Positions 1 through 16,113 are shown, counted from the stretch's first letter. The stretch is 64,000 nt of DNA from Octopus vulgaris (GCA_951406725.2 OX597819.1:62372001-62436000); one strand, 5' to 3'. Notes: generated from the sequence alone by a model not told the origin. Program-made: numbers and translations.

Positions 1-515
1 ATTTGGGGATTAATAAGTTAAGTACCAGTTGCGTAATGAGGTCGATCTAACCGACTGGCTATCTCCTCCAAAATTTAGAAGTAGAAGGCGGCGGCGTGTT
101 GATAGAAACGTTAGCACGCCGGGCGAAATGCTTAGCGGTATTTCGTCTGATGTTACGTTCTGAGTTCAAATTCAGCCAAGGTATACTTTGCCTTTCATCC
201 TTTCTGGAGTCGATAAATTAAATACTAGTTGCTTACTGAGGTCGATCTAATCGACTGGCCCTCTTCCCCAAATTTTCGAGTATTGTGCCTAGAATAAAAA
301 AAAAGCAACGTGTTGGCAGAATCGTTAGCACGCCGGGCAAATGCTTAGCGGTATTTCGACGGTCTTTACGTTCAGAGTTCAAATTCCGCCGAGGTCGAGT
401 TTGCCTTTCATCCGTTCGGGGGTCGTAAATTAAGTACCAGTTGCGTACTATGGTCGATTTAATCGACTGGCCCCTCCCCTAAAACTTCGGGTCTTGTGCC
501 TAGAGTAGAAAATAA
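1..515 (+). mobile_element. Tandem copies of SINE family A (tRNA-like head plus Meta-domain-like core)
   Basis: B box GAGTTCAAATTCC and core GGTCGACTTTGCCTTTCATCCTTTCGGGGTCGATAAATTAAGTACCAG. Further copies at about 1135-1340(+), 17380-17800(-), 23040-23240(-), 26760-26925(+), 31075-31295(-), 44630-44790(-), 45570-45960(-), 61263-61660(+). Confidence 0.8.
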
Positions 516-562
516 TATCTGTACGGTTGTTAGTATAAATATTGACAATATGTTCTACTTGC

Positions 563-753
563 CACAGCCTGACTCGGTCTTCAGGAATCCTACTTCACAC
601 AAATATGTCAACTCTGGGTTGCCCTCAGATACGGCAGGTCCATAACTGGATTGTCCAACCACAATTCGGAATTGAGTATTTGTTAAAGCAACGACTGTAC
701 GATTAACAGTCTTCCATAGTTCTGCTGTACCATTTACTCTTTCAACTGTATTC
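563..753 (-). CDS. Coding exon, same gene; ends in LCEVGFLKTESGC (likely start of an ephrin-receptor-like Cys repeat); not in the ORF track
   Basis: TATTTCCAG acceptor. Open in phase 2 for 63 codons (NTVERVNGTAELWKTVNRTVVALTNTQFRIVVGQSSYGPAVSEGNPELTYLCEVGFLKTESGC), matching the upstream phase-2 donor. Ends at TG|GCAAGT, or reads through to a stop at 555-557. Confidence 0.75.
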
Positions 754-808
754 CTGGAAATACATACATATATTTACATACATTTGCATACATACATACA
801 TACATACA

Positions 809-839
<31 letters not shown>

Positions 840-1621
840 GTATACGAGTTATAACCTCAGCGTCTGCTTTATAAAGCCCGTCCACGAGTATCGGTTATCC
901 GATACTCTCATCGAACGAAAATGTATCGCTTCACTATTGATATATCTGAAAATTCATAAATATCCGGTGAGTTTATATAAACAGTAACATTATATACTAT
1001 CCCAGCAATAGATTCCTCGTAAAGCGGCGATGAAACAGTTATAGAATTCAAGTTCTATATTTGAGAGATGAGGAATTATGTACATTATTTACATTTGATG
1101 GATATTTGTTCTCATCTTGTTTGTTACTGGAACAATCGTTGGCACGCCGGGTGAAATGCTTAGCAGTATTTCGTCTGCCGTTACATTCTGGGTTCAAATT
1201 CCACCGAGGTTAACTTTGCCTTTCATCCTTTCGGGGTCGATTAAATAAGCACCAGTTACGCACTAGGATCGATGTAATCGACTTAATCCCTTTGTCTGTC
1301 CTTGTTTGTACCTTCTATATTGGGCAATGAAGAAATGAATATATGTCACCGGCATTATTGAGGTAAGGAAAAATTATCAACGACACCACTAATTTGCAAT
1401 TAGTTTAACTATTTTTATTTTCATTTTTATTTTTTAAATTAAAACTTTTATTTCAATTCAATAATAATAATAATCATAATTCAATCACAAAAATGAAAAA
1501 AATTGAAATAATATTTAGAAATTTACTAAATTTATTATTCAATTTTCAATAAGGTAAAATCTTAAATTATTAATTGACACATTATTAATTAGCATAATAG
1601 CTTACCCTGGAAAAAACATGG

Positions 1622-2344
1622 ATTACATGGAAAAATGCGAGCAAGACAAATAATATTCTTAAGATTACAAATCTGGAAAAGTAAAGGACAAGTTATTACA
1701 CGTGGAAAAGTTCAGGACAAGTTATTACATCTGGTAAAGTACAGAACAAGAAAATTTTTACTTCAAATATTGCAGCTAAGGATAAAATTTGAATATTAAA
1801 AATTATTTCATTTTAATTTACAAAGTAACATTATAATTAAAAAGGCAGCATCATTTAAAAAAAATATTGCCGCACTACAATACTTTGAAAATGAGTCAGA
1901 AGTACCAATACCGCTAAAGTTTTATGCAAAGCAGAATAGTATATATGGTAGACAAATTAATTATGTAAAAAAAGGCATCGAGTCAACTCTAAAAATGTGA
2001 AGACTTGGCAATAACTTAGGCAATAACTCAAGCAAATTCTACTGTGCATTTGTTGTTATAGGTGGGTTTTATTGTAATATATAACTAAGATTTGTATTAT
2101 TCTATTTATTGTACTAAATGATTATGTACTACTATTTCTTATAACCTATTTTCATATCTCTAATTATTAATTAATAATTTAAAAAATGAATTCTTTTATG
2201 TGCAAAAAATATATTTTGAGTTATTTAAAAAAAAATTTAATAGAAGTAACAAGTAATAACAAATAGGAATAATAACTTGTCCTGTACTTTTCCAGGTTTA
2301 TAATCTTAAGAACATTATTTTTCTAGCTCGCATTTTTCCATGTA

Positions 2345-2346
<2 letters not shown>
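1622..2346. mobile_element. TIR-bounded non-autonomous element (MITE/foldback-like)
   Basis: 1622-1697 and 2271-2346 are ~75-bp imperfect inverted repeats. Three ~30-bp subterminal tandem units (CTGGAAAAGTACAGGACAAGTTATTACA-like). AT-rich non-coding interior. Confidence 0.65.
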
Positions 2347-2379
<33 letters not shown>

Positions 2380-2509
2380 CACACACATATATGTATATAT
2401 ATGCATAAGAGATATTTTTGGGATTTGAAAACAAATTCTCTACATTTCAAATCCCAAAACAAATTCTCCTATATTTATCCTGCGTGGGTATACACTTCTT
2501 CGCTCCATG

Positions 2510-2544
<35 letters not shown>

Positions 2545-2975
2545 GCAAAATATAGTGCAAAATATGCAAAATATAAAAAGAAAATGCACAGAAATTTTAT
2601 ATTGGACAAAATATGTTTATAAAATATTTACATGGGCGACCATTTTTGCTTATGCATATCCTGACTAAGTAGTTACTCATGATATTATAATTTCATGCTA
2701 TCATAGTAAGTTTCCATTCTATGTTAGAAGGAGGATGGATATATAAATTTAATCCATTATGGCTAGTCTGACAAAATATATATTCTCTTTCGTTAATGTC
2801 TTATGTATGTATGTATGTATGTATGTATGTATGTATGTATGTATGTATGTATGTATGTATGTGTATGTATGTATGTTGTATGTATGTTGTATGTATGTAT
2901 GTATGTATGTATGTAAGTGTGTGTGTATGTGTGTGTGTCTATCAATCTGTCGTTCTATCTATCTATCTATCTATC

Positions 2976-3027
<52 letters not shown>

Positions 3028-3044
3028 ATTTATTTATTTATCTA

Positions 3045-3490
3045 TAGGTATATGCCAAGATGAGAGGAGTATGCAGTGATATACATATGGAGGATCCTGG
3101 AGGAGCTGGTACCAAACTTTGGTACCGAGAGCTATAAAAGCCCCTGTCACTGCACTGTTTCAAAGGTCCCAGCTATTCCGTCTACAGTGAGGACCACGTA
3201 CTGCAATAGTTTGGGATTCAAAGGTCCACAGTTATTAAACGTATTGCCAAAAGATCTGATGGATGTTCATGGAGTAGGGGTAGATAGTTTCAAGAAACAA
3301 CTTGATCTGCTATCCCAGGTCCCAGATGAATCTATATCAATCTCAAAAGAAGGCAGAAGGGACGAGCTCCATCCTTCTCCAAAAACCAATTACGTAAGAA
3401 TGGCCATTGAAAAGGTGAATTCACTAGCGGTGCTGCAGCATGGCTGCAGCCTAAGAGTTGAAACGTGTAAAAGAATTAAAGAATAAAAGA
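3045..3490 (+). mobile_element. LINE 3' end fragment (CR1/L2-group-like)
   Basis: IYIWRILEELVPN...YCNSLGFKGPQLLNVLP..FKKQLD..LSQVPDE, followed by a GCGGTGCTGCAGCATGGCTGCAGC stem-loop and an AAAGAAT tail. Confidence 0.7.
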
Positions 3491-3705
3491 ATATATATAT
3501 TCTTTTACTTGTGTCAGTCATTTGACTGTGGCCATGCTGGAGAACCGCCTTCAGTCGAGCACATCGACGCCAGGACTCTTTCTATCGGTCTCTTTGGTTG
3601 GCCCGAGGCTATAGTACAAGACACTTGCCCAAGGTGCCACGCAGTGCGACTGAACCCAGAACCATGTAGTTCGTAAGCAAGCTTCTTACCACACTGCCAC
3701 TCCTA

Positions 3706-3829
<124 letters not shown>

Positions 3830-4403
3830 GTATGTACCTGTGTATAGAGCTATTTTCTTTCCTTTTGGAATCGCCAGCCCAACGTAATTCAATGCATATA
3901 TACAAAGCTACGTTTTAACATTTTTAAGAAGCTAGGCAATTCTGATATATATAAAACTACATTATTCTGTTAGAAACAAAAACCAAATGAGATTTTCCAG
4001 TTATAACACTTATGTATCAAATTACCTCTTTTACCTTTCATTTCCGATTTTCATGGTGTTAAGTTGATGAACAAAACTGGCAGATTGCTGAGGCATTTGA
4101 CTTTAACCCAAGTTACCTGGGTAAAGCAGAACATCTGCCCCATGGCTCAAAACTTTTAGTATTTAATTATTAATAATATACTGTAATTAAATATTAATAA
4201 TTCTGCAATGCATTGAGTGCGTTTCATTTTGCTGATCCGATGGACAAGATAACAGTTCTCTCTCACTCTCCACACACATGTACAGACACACGCGCGCACA
4301 CACACATACATACATGCATACACACATACGTACATACAAAAATATATATATCATTATATATTTAAATATATATATATACATATATATATACATATGTATA
4401 TAT

Positions 4404-4664
<261 letters not shown>

Positions 4665-4862
4665 CGCGCGTGTATATGCATGTATGTATATATGTTTGTG
4701 TATATATGCGTGTATATATACATATATATATACACATACACACTCACATACATATATGTATATATGCGCGCGTGTATATATATATATATATATGTATGTA
4801 TATATATTTATATACACATGTGAGTATGTGTGTGTAACGATGCAAATGGTAATAATACTAAC

Positions 4863-5124
4863 TTGAGATTAATCTTCCATTGGAGATGCATCATCAGATT
4901 GAATTGTCCAATCGTCTGTTGGTTTCCTTCTGACGTATTGCTGCCATTACACGTTACCTGTACTTTGAAGGCAATAGGCGCCACAAGCTCGATGCTATGA
5001 TCATTTACGATTCGATCTAGGACACTTTTCCGAACAGCGTTGTTGAGAGTTTTATCCGAAGGTGAGCAACCGCCCTTGAGACGCAAGACGCTGCTTAACA
5101 ATGCCGACGTATAGGGCCGCTTCT
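4863..5124 (-). CDS. Coding exon, same gene (non-VWC extracellular segment)
   Basis: TTTCAG acceptor and AA|GTTAGT donor. 262 bp, phase 1-2. KRPYTSALLSSVLRLKGGC...VQVTCNGS...QFNLMMHLQWKINLK. Phases match both neighbouring exons. Confidence 0.75.
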
Positions 5125-5205
5125 CTGAAATTCCATGTAACACGTAATTTATGCAAGACAATAGCAAAAGTTCATGTTGAACAAAATGAAGGAATATTTT
5201 AAAAC

Positions 5206-5253
<48 letters not shown>

Positions 5254-5744
5254 GAGTGAGAGAGCAGTGCATGCCATCAAAGAAACACTGGGGTAAAATA
5301 TATGAAACCCAGTATACCCATCATGACTACCCGTCTGATAAGGGTACACTAGGCACATGCATCACAACCATATGTGCGCGACATGGTCATCTCATATCAA
5401 GATAAATATTACCTTGCAGGTGGGAGCCCAGTCAGAATTTTCTTCTGGTCGAGTAACCCATCCCATCCAAAAGGTTCCTGAATAAAGGTTGTTTAAGGAT
5501 ATTGAACGAAACACCCATGTTTCCAAAGGTGAATTATCCAAACCTCTAAGAATTCCTTTCAACACATGGCTATGATGCTCCCCCACTACTTCTGCTCATG
5601 ATCAGAGATGCACATATCGTCAGCCACTAAGGGACATGCTCATCTGGTTAAGGTCGAAGAACTGACAAACAAATCTGTGGTACTGAGCAGAATATTTCCT
5701 GTAGCCCATCTTTTATACCAAGACAACAATGTACATGATGAAGC

Positions 5745-5779
<35 letters not shown>

Positions 5780-5804
5780 GTATTAGTAGTATTAGTAGTA
5801 GTAT

Positions 5805-5869
<65 letters not shown>

Positions 5870-6726
5870 TCATCATATTTTCAAACGATTTATGCTAGTT
5901 TTTACTGCAAGACCATTTTTACTTTCATGTTCCTAAGCTGAGTTCATCGTTAAGCGCTCTTTGAGGGTGTTGTATTGTTTTTGTATGCTATATCAATTTT
6001 GCTTTATCGTCAGATATATTTTCTTGTTTCTGGTATTATTTAGATATTTCAGCTGTTTCCTTTTTGATAGAACACGTTATAGTATCGGGTGTCGATAATG
6101 AAACAACGTGTGTTATTTTATTGGGCGGTGATTGTGTATATTAAGTGCTGTGTGGGTTGTGTTATTATTGGTTGATGTTTGTGTTTGCATATACAATGTA
6201 CTGTGTGAGTTGTACTTTTGGATTTTGAAAGTATCTTGCAGATGATATGGGCAGTGCCTAACATGGCTATTTTTTTAACTGTCTGTAGAATTCTGAGCCC
6301 TGGTATTGTCATGTTTTGTTCACATCCTGTTTTATCCTACCCGTAAATAGATCTTCGTCAGCAAGTTTTCCAGATATTTGGTCAACGAGACAGCCTGCTC
6401 ATTGTATTCATATGTGTTACTGCAGAGACGCAAATACACCTTGTCTTTGGATGTAAGTGACAGTAATTCCACAAACATGTTTCTTGAACATAAATCTCGG
6501 CGGAAGAACTGCGTGTTAGAGTATAGCAAGGTTGTTCATTTAATTACAGATATAGTCTCTCCGGTAGACTTCTATACAGTCTGTTCAATATTCATAAGAG
6601 CTGAATTGACCCTAGGTTACGCTAAATGACATCTGCTCAAAAATGCCACACAATAGAATCGAACGCAGACCTCTTGGTTGTAAAAAAAACTTCTTAATCA
6701 TCTGCGCCCATTATGTATAGTACATA

Positions 6727-7132
6727 GGCACAGGAGTGGCTGTGTGGTAAGTAGCTTGCTTACCAGCCACTTGGTTCCGGGTTCAGTCCCACCTTGGGCA
6801 AGTGTCTTCTACTATAGCCTCGGGCCGACCAAAGCCTTGTGAGTGGATTTGGTAGACATAAACTGAAAGAAGCCCGTTGTTTTTATAGGTATGTATATAT
6901 ATTTGTGTGTGTGTTTGTGTGTTTGTGTGTCTGTGTTTGTCCCCCCAACATCACTTGACAACCGATGCTGGTGTGTTTACGTACCCGTTACGTAGCGATT
7001 CGGCAAAAGAGACCGAAAGAATAAGTACTAGGCTTACAAAGAATAAGTCCTGGGGTCGATTTGCTCGATTAAAGGTGGTACTCCAGCATGGCTGCAGTCA
7101 AATGACTGAAACAAGTAAAAGAGCAAAAGAGT
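6727..7132 (+). mobile_element. SINE family B (tRNA-derived head, internal microsatellite, LINE-like tail); representative copy
   Basis: A/B-box head, CCTTGGGCAAGTGTCTTCTACTATAGCC core, tail CTCCAGCATGGCCGCAGTCAAATGACTGAAACAAGTAAAAGA. Copies at about 3500-3710(-), 12930-13085(-), 14025-14550, 22170-22535(-), 26985-27630, 27920-28400, 56975-57308, 57722-58148, 63663-64000. Confidence 0.85.
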
Positions 7133-7539
7133 ACGTCAATGATCTTCCATACTTGGATATTTTCTCGAATATCTTTCATGCGGTGTTTTTCATCAGAAGT
7201 GATCAAATTGTCTATCAAAGACTCTTGCCCCTCATTTTATAATTATGTCCAGTTATATCCAGAAACTTTAACTTTCTCTCTTTGTTTGTCTGGACATTTA
7301 TGTCCTCAATGATTGTGGCCAGGTTGTTATTATGTATGGTATTTTTTTTTAATGTTTATGTCTCTTGTCTGGTTTCACATCGATTTCTTCGTGTCTGTGA
7401 ATACGTTCGGTCTGGGCAGCACCAAAGAAGATGTTGTCGATGCTTCGTTGTACTGGTTACAAAGTCTGAACTTGATATTAGCCGAGTGTTTCAATATCTT
7501 GTTTTTATAGTGATTTATGGCTAGCCTTATGTCGTGTTG

Positions 7540-7875
7540 TGAAGGCGCATGGCTCAGTGGTTAGACCATCGAGCTTTTGATCGTGAGGTTTTGAGCTCGA
7601 TTCCAGGACCGGGCTGCGTGTTGTGTTCTTAAGCAAGACACTTTATTTCACGTTGCTCCAGTTCACTCAGTTGTAGAAATGCGTTGCGACGTCACTAGTG
7701 CCAAGCTGCATCGGCCTTTGCCTTTCCCTTGGATAACATCGGTGGCGTGGAGAGGTGGGAACTAGTATGCATGGGCGACTGCTGGTCTTCCATAAACAAA
7801 CTTGCAGGGACTTGTGCCTCGGAGGGTAACTTTCTAGGTACAATCCCATGGTCATTCATGACCGAAGGGGGGTCA
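7540..7875 (+). mobile_element. tRNA-derived SINE with TTGAGCAAGACACTTTATTTCACGTTGCTCCAG core
   Basis: A box TGGCTCAGTGG and a B-box-like segment. Related copies at about 50950-51275(+) and 60570-60850(-). Confidence 0.65.
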
Positions 7876-8300
7876 CTCCTTCACCCTACGCCGTGTTGCA
7901 GCTTAAACCAGTTTTCTGTTCAAATTTGGCCGGGAGCTTTTTGAAACATTGTTCTGTTGAGTCTTCCAGTGTATTGTCTATGTAATAAATTTTCTCTCCA
8001 TTTTCCCTGTAACATATTTTGAAATGCTTTTTATATCTTTCTGTGTTTCTTTCTTTTTTTTATAAACTGTGCTATTTTGTTTTTCATTATCTAAATATTT
8101 TTCTTGAATGCATTTTCTTTCTAGTTTGAACTCCGTTGTACCCTCATATCATATATATGGATACATGTCGTAATAAAAACCACAAGTCTTCTTAAATACA
8201 GCTACCCAGGTTTTCCTGGACGATATAACAATTTATTTCGCCATGTATCAAGTTGAAAACAAGACCGTTTTTCAGTTGCCTTTTATATCAATATCAATAT

Positions 8301-8345
<45 letters not shown>

Positions 8346-8359
8346 AGTATATATATTCA

Positions 8360-8439
<80 letters not shown>

Positions 8440-8474
8440 AATCAATATAATATAATATATATATAATATATATA

Positions 8475-8519
<45 letters not shown>

Positions 8520-8526
8520 TGGAGTA

Positions 8527-10225
<1,699 letters not shown>

Positions 10226-10325
10226 CGTGATATGTATATATGTATATATGTACATATGTATATATACATAAATATATGTATATATACATATATGCATATA
10301 TATATGTATATATACATATATATAT

Positions 10326-10371
<46 letters not shown>

Positions 10372-10493
10372 GCATATATAGATGTATATATGCATATATA
10401 TGTATATATATAATATATATGTAATATATATAATATATGTAAATGCATATATATTTGTATATATATATGTATATATATATTATATGTATATAA

Positions 10494-10552
<59 letters not shown>

Positions 10553-10725
10553 TTATATATATATATATATATCACTGAAACTCTAATTCACACCAATATT
10601 ATATCTGTAATTTATTCCTGGTCGTTCGTCAAATTTAGTCAGTTTCGTCTGAAAGCTTATGCATGGAGTGTTTAAATTGTAATTAACAATTAACCATGTT
10701 TTTAATGACTATATTATATACTCAC

Positions 10726-10923
10726 CCTGTTCACATATCCATACCGGGCAGCAATGCGTTGGCATATATATCTGGACACAGCCGTTTACAATTGACGGTG
10801 CATTTGTGTGACATAATTTCCGACATACCAACGTACCGTCACGACAGGAGCAGACTTCGTTGCATCCATCACGAATTGTGTCACCATGTTTTAAAGTGAC
10901 GTTTTGGTGTTTGCAGTTAGCTT
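10726..10923 (-). CDS. Coding exon (VWC domain), same gene; not in the ORF track
   Basis: TTTTATATTTTTACAG acceptor and G|GTGAGT donor. 198 bp, phase 1-1. Manual translation ANCKHQNVTLKHGDTIRDGCNEVCSCRDGTLVCRKLCHTNAPSIVNGCVQIYMPTHCCPVWICEQ. Confidence 0.9.
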
Positions 10924-11049
10924 CTGTAAAAATATAAAACGGTGGAGTTTAGTGAAATATCTTTCCCAAATGCATTGACAGATAAAATAGAAAGACAGAG
11001 GGAAATATCGACATTACATATATCTTTGCACATACTTGCATACACACAA

Positions 11050-11808
11050 ACGCACTAAGACTCTATTCCTTAGAGCGTAGGCAAGAAAGATATACCATAA
11101 TATACATCTGGAAGATCATGGAAGCACTTGTTTCAAACTTTGGTATCGAGAGTTACACAAATACTAGAACTGGGCGCCACTGAATAGTGCAAAGGACTCC
11201 AAATTTGCCATCAAGATGTAGGACAAAGATACTGCAATATCCTGGGCTTTAGAGGTCCACAGCTCGTCAATATCCTCCCGAAGGACCTGAGAGACAAGCA
11301 TGGGGTGGATGTAGGTGTCTTCAAAATAAAACTAGGCTTCTTCCTGTCAGGTGTCCCAGATGAACCAACTTCGCGGCAGGAAGTGCAGATGAGGGCAGCT
11401 GCATCAAATTCTCTCATGCACCAAATGTCAATTGCTAAAAAGCATTCGTGAAACAAAATTATGTAGCAACACCAAATGGCGGTGCCCCAGCATGGTCACA
11501 ACTCGTGAGCTGAAGCTAGATGAAATAAAATAAAAAAAATAAAATATATTTTGGACACCCAACAGGACGGAAAGCAAAACCTGTCAAAGGGTAGATTTTA
11601 AAAATTTTATTTCATCTAGCTTCAGCTCACGAGCTGTGGCCATGCTGGGGCACTGCCATTTGGTGTTGCTACATAATTTTATTTCACGAATGCTTTTTAG
11701 CAATTGAAATTTGGTGCATGAGAGAATTTGATGCCGCTGCCCTCATCTGCACTTCCTGCCGCGAAGTTGATTCATCTGGGACACCTGACAGGAAGAGGTC
11801 CAGCTTTT
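11050..11808. mobile_element. LINE 3' end (same family as 3045-3490) followed by an inverted partial copy
   Basis: 11050-11545 on +. 11605-11808 is the reverse complement of about 11325-11530. Confidence 0.75.
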
Positions 11809-12199
11809 GTAGAGTCAACGATCATCCAACAGCTGAGGGTATGAGACCCCTACTCTTTGTTTAGACATTTCTGTAAGAGAAGAAAACTCCTGACATAACA
11901 CCTGCGACTTCATTTGCTCCCGTTGATATAGACTAGTACTGGTTCTATGTCAGGTCACCTGTGAGGTCCCTAATGAGGGCTACTGATAACATAGAACTAG
12001 AACTGGTTCTCTGTGAGGTTCCTTATGAGGGCTACTGGTAATATAGAACCCAGTTCAACGTGTTGCATGGTCGTGTAGTCGGCGACTAAAGCGGCACCTA
12101 CCCTAGGCGAGGAGGGTTGCTAGAAACTCAACAGGACTAAAACAAAACCTGTCAAAAAGGACCGATGAACCTAGTGTAAGTTCTCCAACTATCTAGCTT

Positions 12200-12881
12200 A
12201 CATTATCCCACTGAATTTTTGAATTCCTTGAAGCCGTCAGGTGTACCTCCACATATTCTTACTCTTCAAGTAGGTAGCCCTGTTATGCTGATAAGGAATT
12301 TAAATCCATCGACGTTGTGCAACGGTACACGCCTTGTTATCACAAAATTACTTCCCAATGTCATTGGAGCAACGATTATGACCATCTGTGGTAAAGGTCA
12401 AGACTTCATACCGCGAATTCCCCTTGTACCTTCGACTGCTGACTTACCGTTCGCATCCCTCAGAGTGCAGTTTCCGATTAGACTCAGTTATGCCATGTCC
12501 ATTAATAAGTCCCAGGGACAGTCGGTGTCTGTCGTTGGACTTTACTGAACCATACTTTTCATACGGTCAGCTGTACGTTGGCTGCTGAAGAGTGGGTTGT
12601 AGGAACAGTTTACTTGCCTCCATCCTCCAGGGGAAAACTAAAAACGTTTTTTATAAGGCAGTTTTGTAGACTTGCCGTACTGGCTCCATATTTCAGTCCT
12701 ACGTTATTGCTGTTATAATTTTTTTTGCTTTCTTTTTTCACTCGATTGTTGTCGTAATATTACACGTGCGGTTCCCTTTAAGAGTTACTTAGGTGTTAGT
12801 CTTGCCATAAACCGTGAAAGGTTCTTAGTTTCTAAGCCTTTTCGAACTAACGCACACGGGCAACGCCGGGTACGCCTGCAA

Positions 12882-12883
<2 letters not shown>
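12200..12883 (+). mobile_element. Helitron 3' fragment (Pif1-like helicase C-terminus plus terminal hairpin)
   Basis: PVMLIRNLNPSTLCNGTRL, QFPIRLSYAMSINKSQGQS and FSYGQLYV motifs with a frameshift and stops. GC-rich CGGGCAACGCCGGG end motif near 12857-12870. Confidence 0.88.
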
Positions 12884-12927
<44 letters not shown>

Positions 12928-13161
12928 CAGACTTCTTTCAATTTTCATCTACCAGATCCACTCACAAGGCTTTGGTCAACCCGAAGCTATAGTACGAGAC
13001 ACTTGCCCGAGGTGCCACGCACTAAGACTGAACCCGGAACCTTGTGGTTGGGAAGCAAGCTTCTTACCACACACCCACGCATGCAGTGACTGGTATATAT
13101 ATGTGTTTATATGTATGTATCTGTACTATGTTATGTGAGTTAACAAGCAGAGAAATCTATG

Positions 13162-13200
<39 letters not shown>

Positions 13201-13321
13201 TATATCCATCCATCTATCTGTCCGTCTGTCTATCTACACCTATGTGTTTGTGTGTGTACGTGCATGAGTATATGTGTGCGTGTGTGCGTGTGTGTACATA
13301 AGTGTGTGTGCGCGTGTGTAA

Positions 13322-13359
<38 letters not shown>

Positions 13360-13498
13360 ATGAGCGTGTGCGTGTGTTCCTGTGTCAGTGTATCTTAGTG
13401 GAGTCGACTCTGTTGCAAGCATTTGAACAAGATATCTGATCTGGATAAGATAAAGACGATTAAATTCTACATCGAAAATAATCAACAGAGACAGAGAG

Positions 13499-13565
<67 letters not shown>

Positions 13566-14127
13566 TACGAGCGAAGAATTTGTAACGTTTTCACAAACAA
13601 AAGCAAAACAAAGAAAGATGCAGCAAAAGACAAACAGAAGAAAATAATTTGCCCAAACATGGCCGCTGGAAGCCAAAGATACATTATTTGTGAGATGGGA
13701 TGGAGGTTCACTGAAGCGCAAAAACATGCTTCAGTGGATCATATGGGCGGCGCGTAAAGCAGGGGTGTAAAAATAAACAAAATGAAGATCAGTTCAAATG
13801 TGTTTAGGACATACACGATCTGTAAAGAGGCATTTTCTCCCGTCAGACATGTCACTTCTATCCGAAGTGATCTTATGTTTGTTTATTCGTTCATAGAATG
13901 TTTAAATGTTAATGGATCTGCCGAGTTTCAACATCTAATAAATGGTAATATCAATGTCCTCTCTTCAGTCTAAATCTGTGTTCCATAGTGTCTGTTGAAC
14001 TATTCAAACGATTTAACCCTAGCCACAGTCGTAGCGGTGTGGTAAGAAGTATGCTTCCCAAGCACATGGTTCCGGGTACAGGCCTACCGCGTGACCACTT
14101 GGGCAAGTGTCTTCTATATATATATTG

Positions 14128-14179
<52 letters not shown>

Positions 14180-14244
14180 AAATATATATATATTGTATAT
14201 ATATATGTATATATATATGTATATATATGTGTATATATATATAA

Positions 14245-14302
<58 letters not shown>

Positions 14303-15620
14303 CACATATATATATATATGTATATATATATATGTATGTGTGTGTATATGTTTGTGTGTGTAACCCCAACATCGCTTGACAACCGATGCTGGTATGTTTA
14401 CGTCCCCGTAACTTAGCGATTCGGCAAAAGAGATCAATAGAATAAGTACTAGGCTTACAAAGAATAAGTCTTGGGGTCGATTTGCTCGACTAAAGGCAGT
14501 GCTCCAGCATGGCCGCAGTCAAAATGACTGAAACAAGTAAAAGAATAAAAAATATATATGTATGTGTGTGTGTATGTATATATATGTATATATATGTATA
14601 TATATTTGCGTGTCTTTGCGTTTTTGTGTCTCCGCTTGACAACCTGTGTCAGGCAGTTGAGGTGTCTCACACACACACAAATACACACATACACAAATAC
14701 ACACATACACACACACATGTTTCAGTTTCCGTCTACCAAATCCTCTCAGAAAGCTTTGGTCGTCTTGAGGCTATATAAGAAGACACTTGCCTCAAGGTGG
14801 CTCGCAGTAGGACCGAAACAGGAACCATGTGTTTGGAAAGCAAACTTCTTACCATACAGCCATTTCTTTGTGTGTGTGTGTGTGTGTGCATGTATGTATG
14901 TATGTTTGTATGTATGTATGTATGTATGTATATATGTGTACATACATACACGAAACGTTTCAAGGTTACTGATTTAACAACAGCAATATCAAAATATAGC
15001 AACAACAACAATAATGATAACAACAATAAAAACATTCCTGGAAAGAACTAAGCTCAGCTACCATCTCGGCCAAATGAGCAAGCACCGAAATGAAAACATC
15101 ATTAAGACTGTTGAAGAATTTAAAGAGAAGCAAAATATACACTAAAAACAATCTCTTTTAGACATTAAACAAAATAACAAGGTCACTGGATAGATTGTAT
15201 GCCGGTATTTAAATCGACAAAACACAGACCAAAGTGTGAATAAACTTTTAAAAGGTCTGGCGTGAGATACCAACAACTTTCTCGCGTCTCACCTGAATTG
15301 TAGCGTCTGCAATTCAGAAACCGGAAATCACCACCAAATATCTTTAGAATAATATGGAAGAAACATTAGTGGCATGGCTGTGAGGTTTAGAAACTCGCTT
15401 TGCAACCACGCAGTCTCAGGTTCATTTCCTTTGCGTAGCACCTTGTGGAAACGCCTTCTGCTATAGCCCCGACCAATGTTTTGTGAGAGAATTTGGTAAA
15501 TGAAAGCTGTGCGGAAGCCTGTCACATATATATATATATATTCCTGAGCGACATACTAATACATTGTTTGCTTGTACTCCACCTGCCTTCGTCTTTTGTT
15601 TATTTTCGTAAACCTTCCCG

Positions 15621-15701
<81 letters not shown>

Positions 15702-15965
15702 TTTTGTATTTGGTTTCGCAAGATTCTTTATCTGTATTCGTGTGTTGAAGTATATTTTATTGTGTCTGGTGAAAGTCATACTGTTTTAATGCCTTATTAA
15801 TTAACACGCTCACCGGTTCGATTTCCACTCATTTAATTATTTATTTTCTAAAATTTTCGTTGTTTCTTACAACCTCTTCAATGGTCGTTGAAGTCGACTA
15901 TTGAAGACGTTGCAAGAAGCATGTGGTTGGGAAGCAAGTTTCTTATCACACAGCCCCTCCTACGC

Positions 15966-16044
<79 letters not shown>

Positions 16045-16113
16045 TGGAGTAAGCGCATAAATGTGAAACAAGGTGGAAAAAGTGTACTCAAATACCAGCG
16101 GTAGAGTAATATG

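Larger units (their letters stand above)
5870..8275 (-). mobile_element. Scattered remnants of an RLE-type non-LTR element, interrupted by SINEs
   Basis: C-terminal motif QTVKKIAMLGTAHII in 6118-6312. Degenerate similar sequence at about 7135-7525 and 7880-8275. Confidence 0.45.

Noticed and set aside
4958-5124. Shorter version of the 4863-5124 exon using CAG|GTAACG
   Set aside because: It gives phase 0, which does not fit the phase-2 open frame of the 563-753 exon.
6339-6508. Possible extra minus-strand exon with plausible splice sites
   Set aside because: The only fully open frame is phase 0-0 and does not fit the flanking phase-1 exons. The phase-1 frame hits a stop unless a weak donor at 6439 is used.
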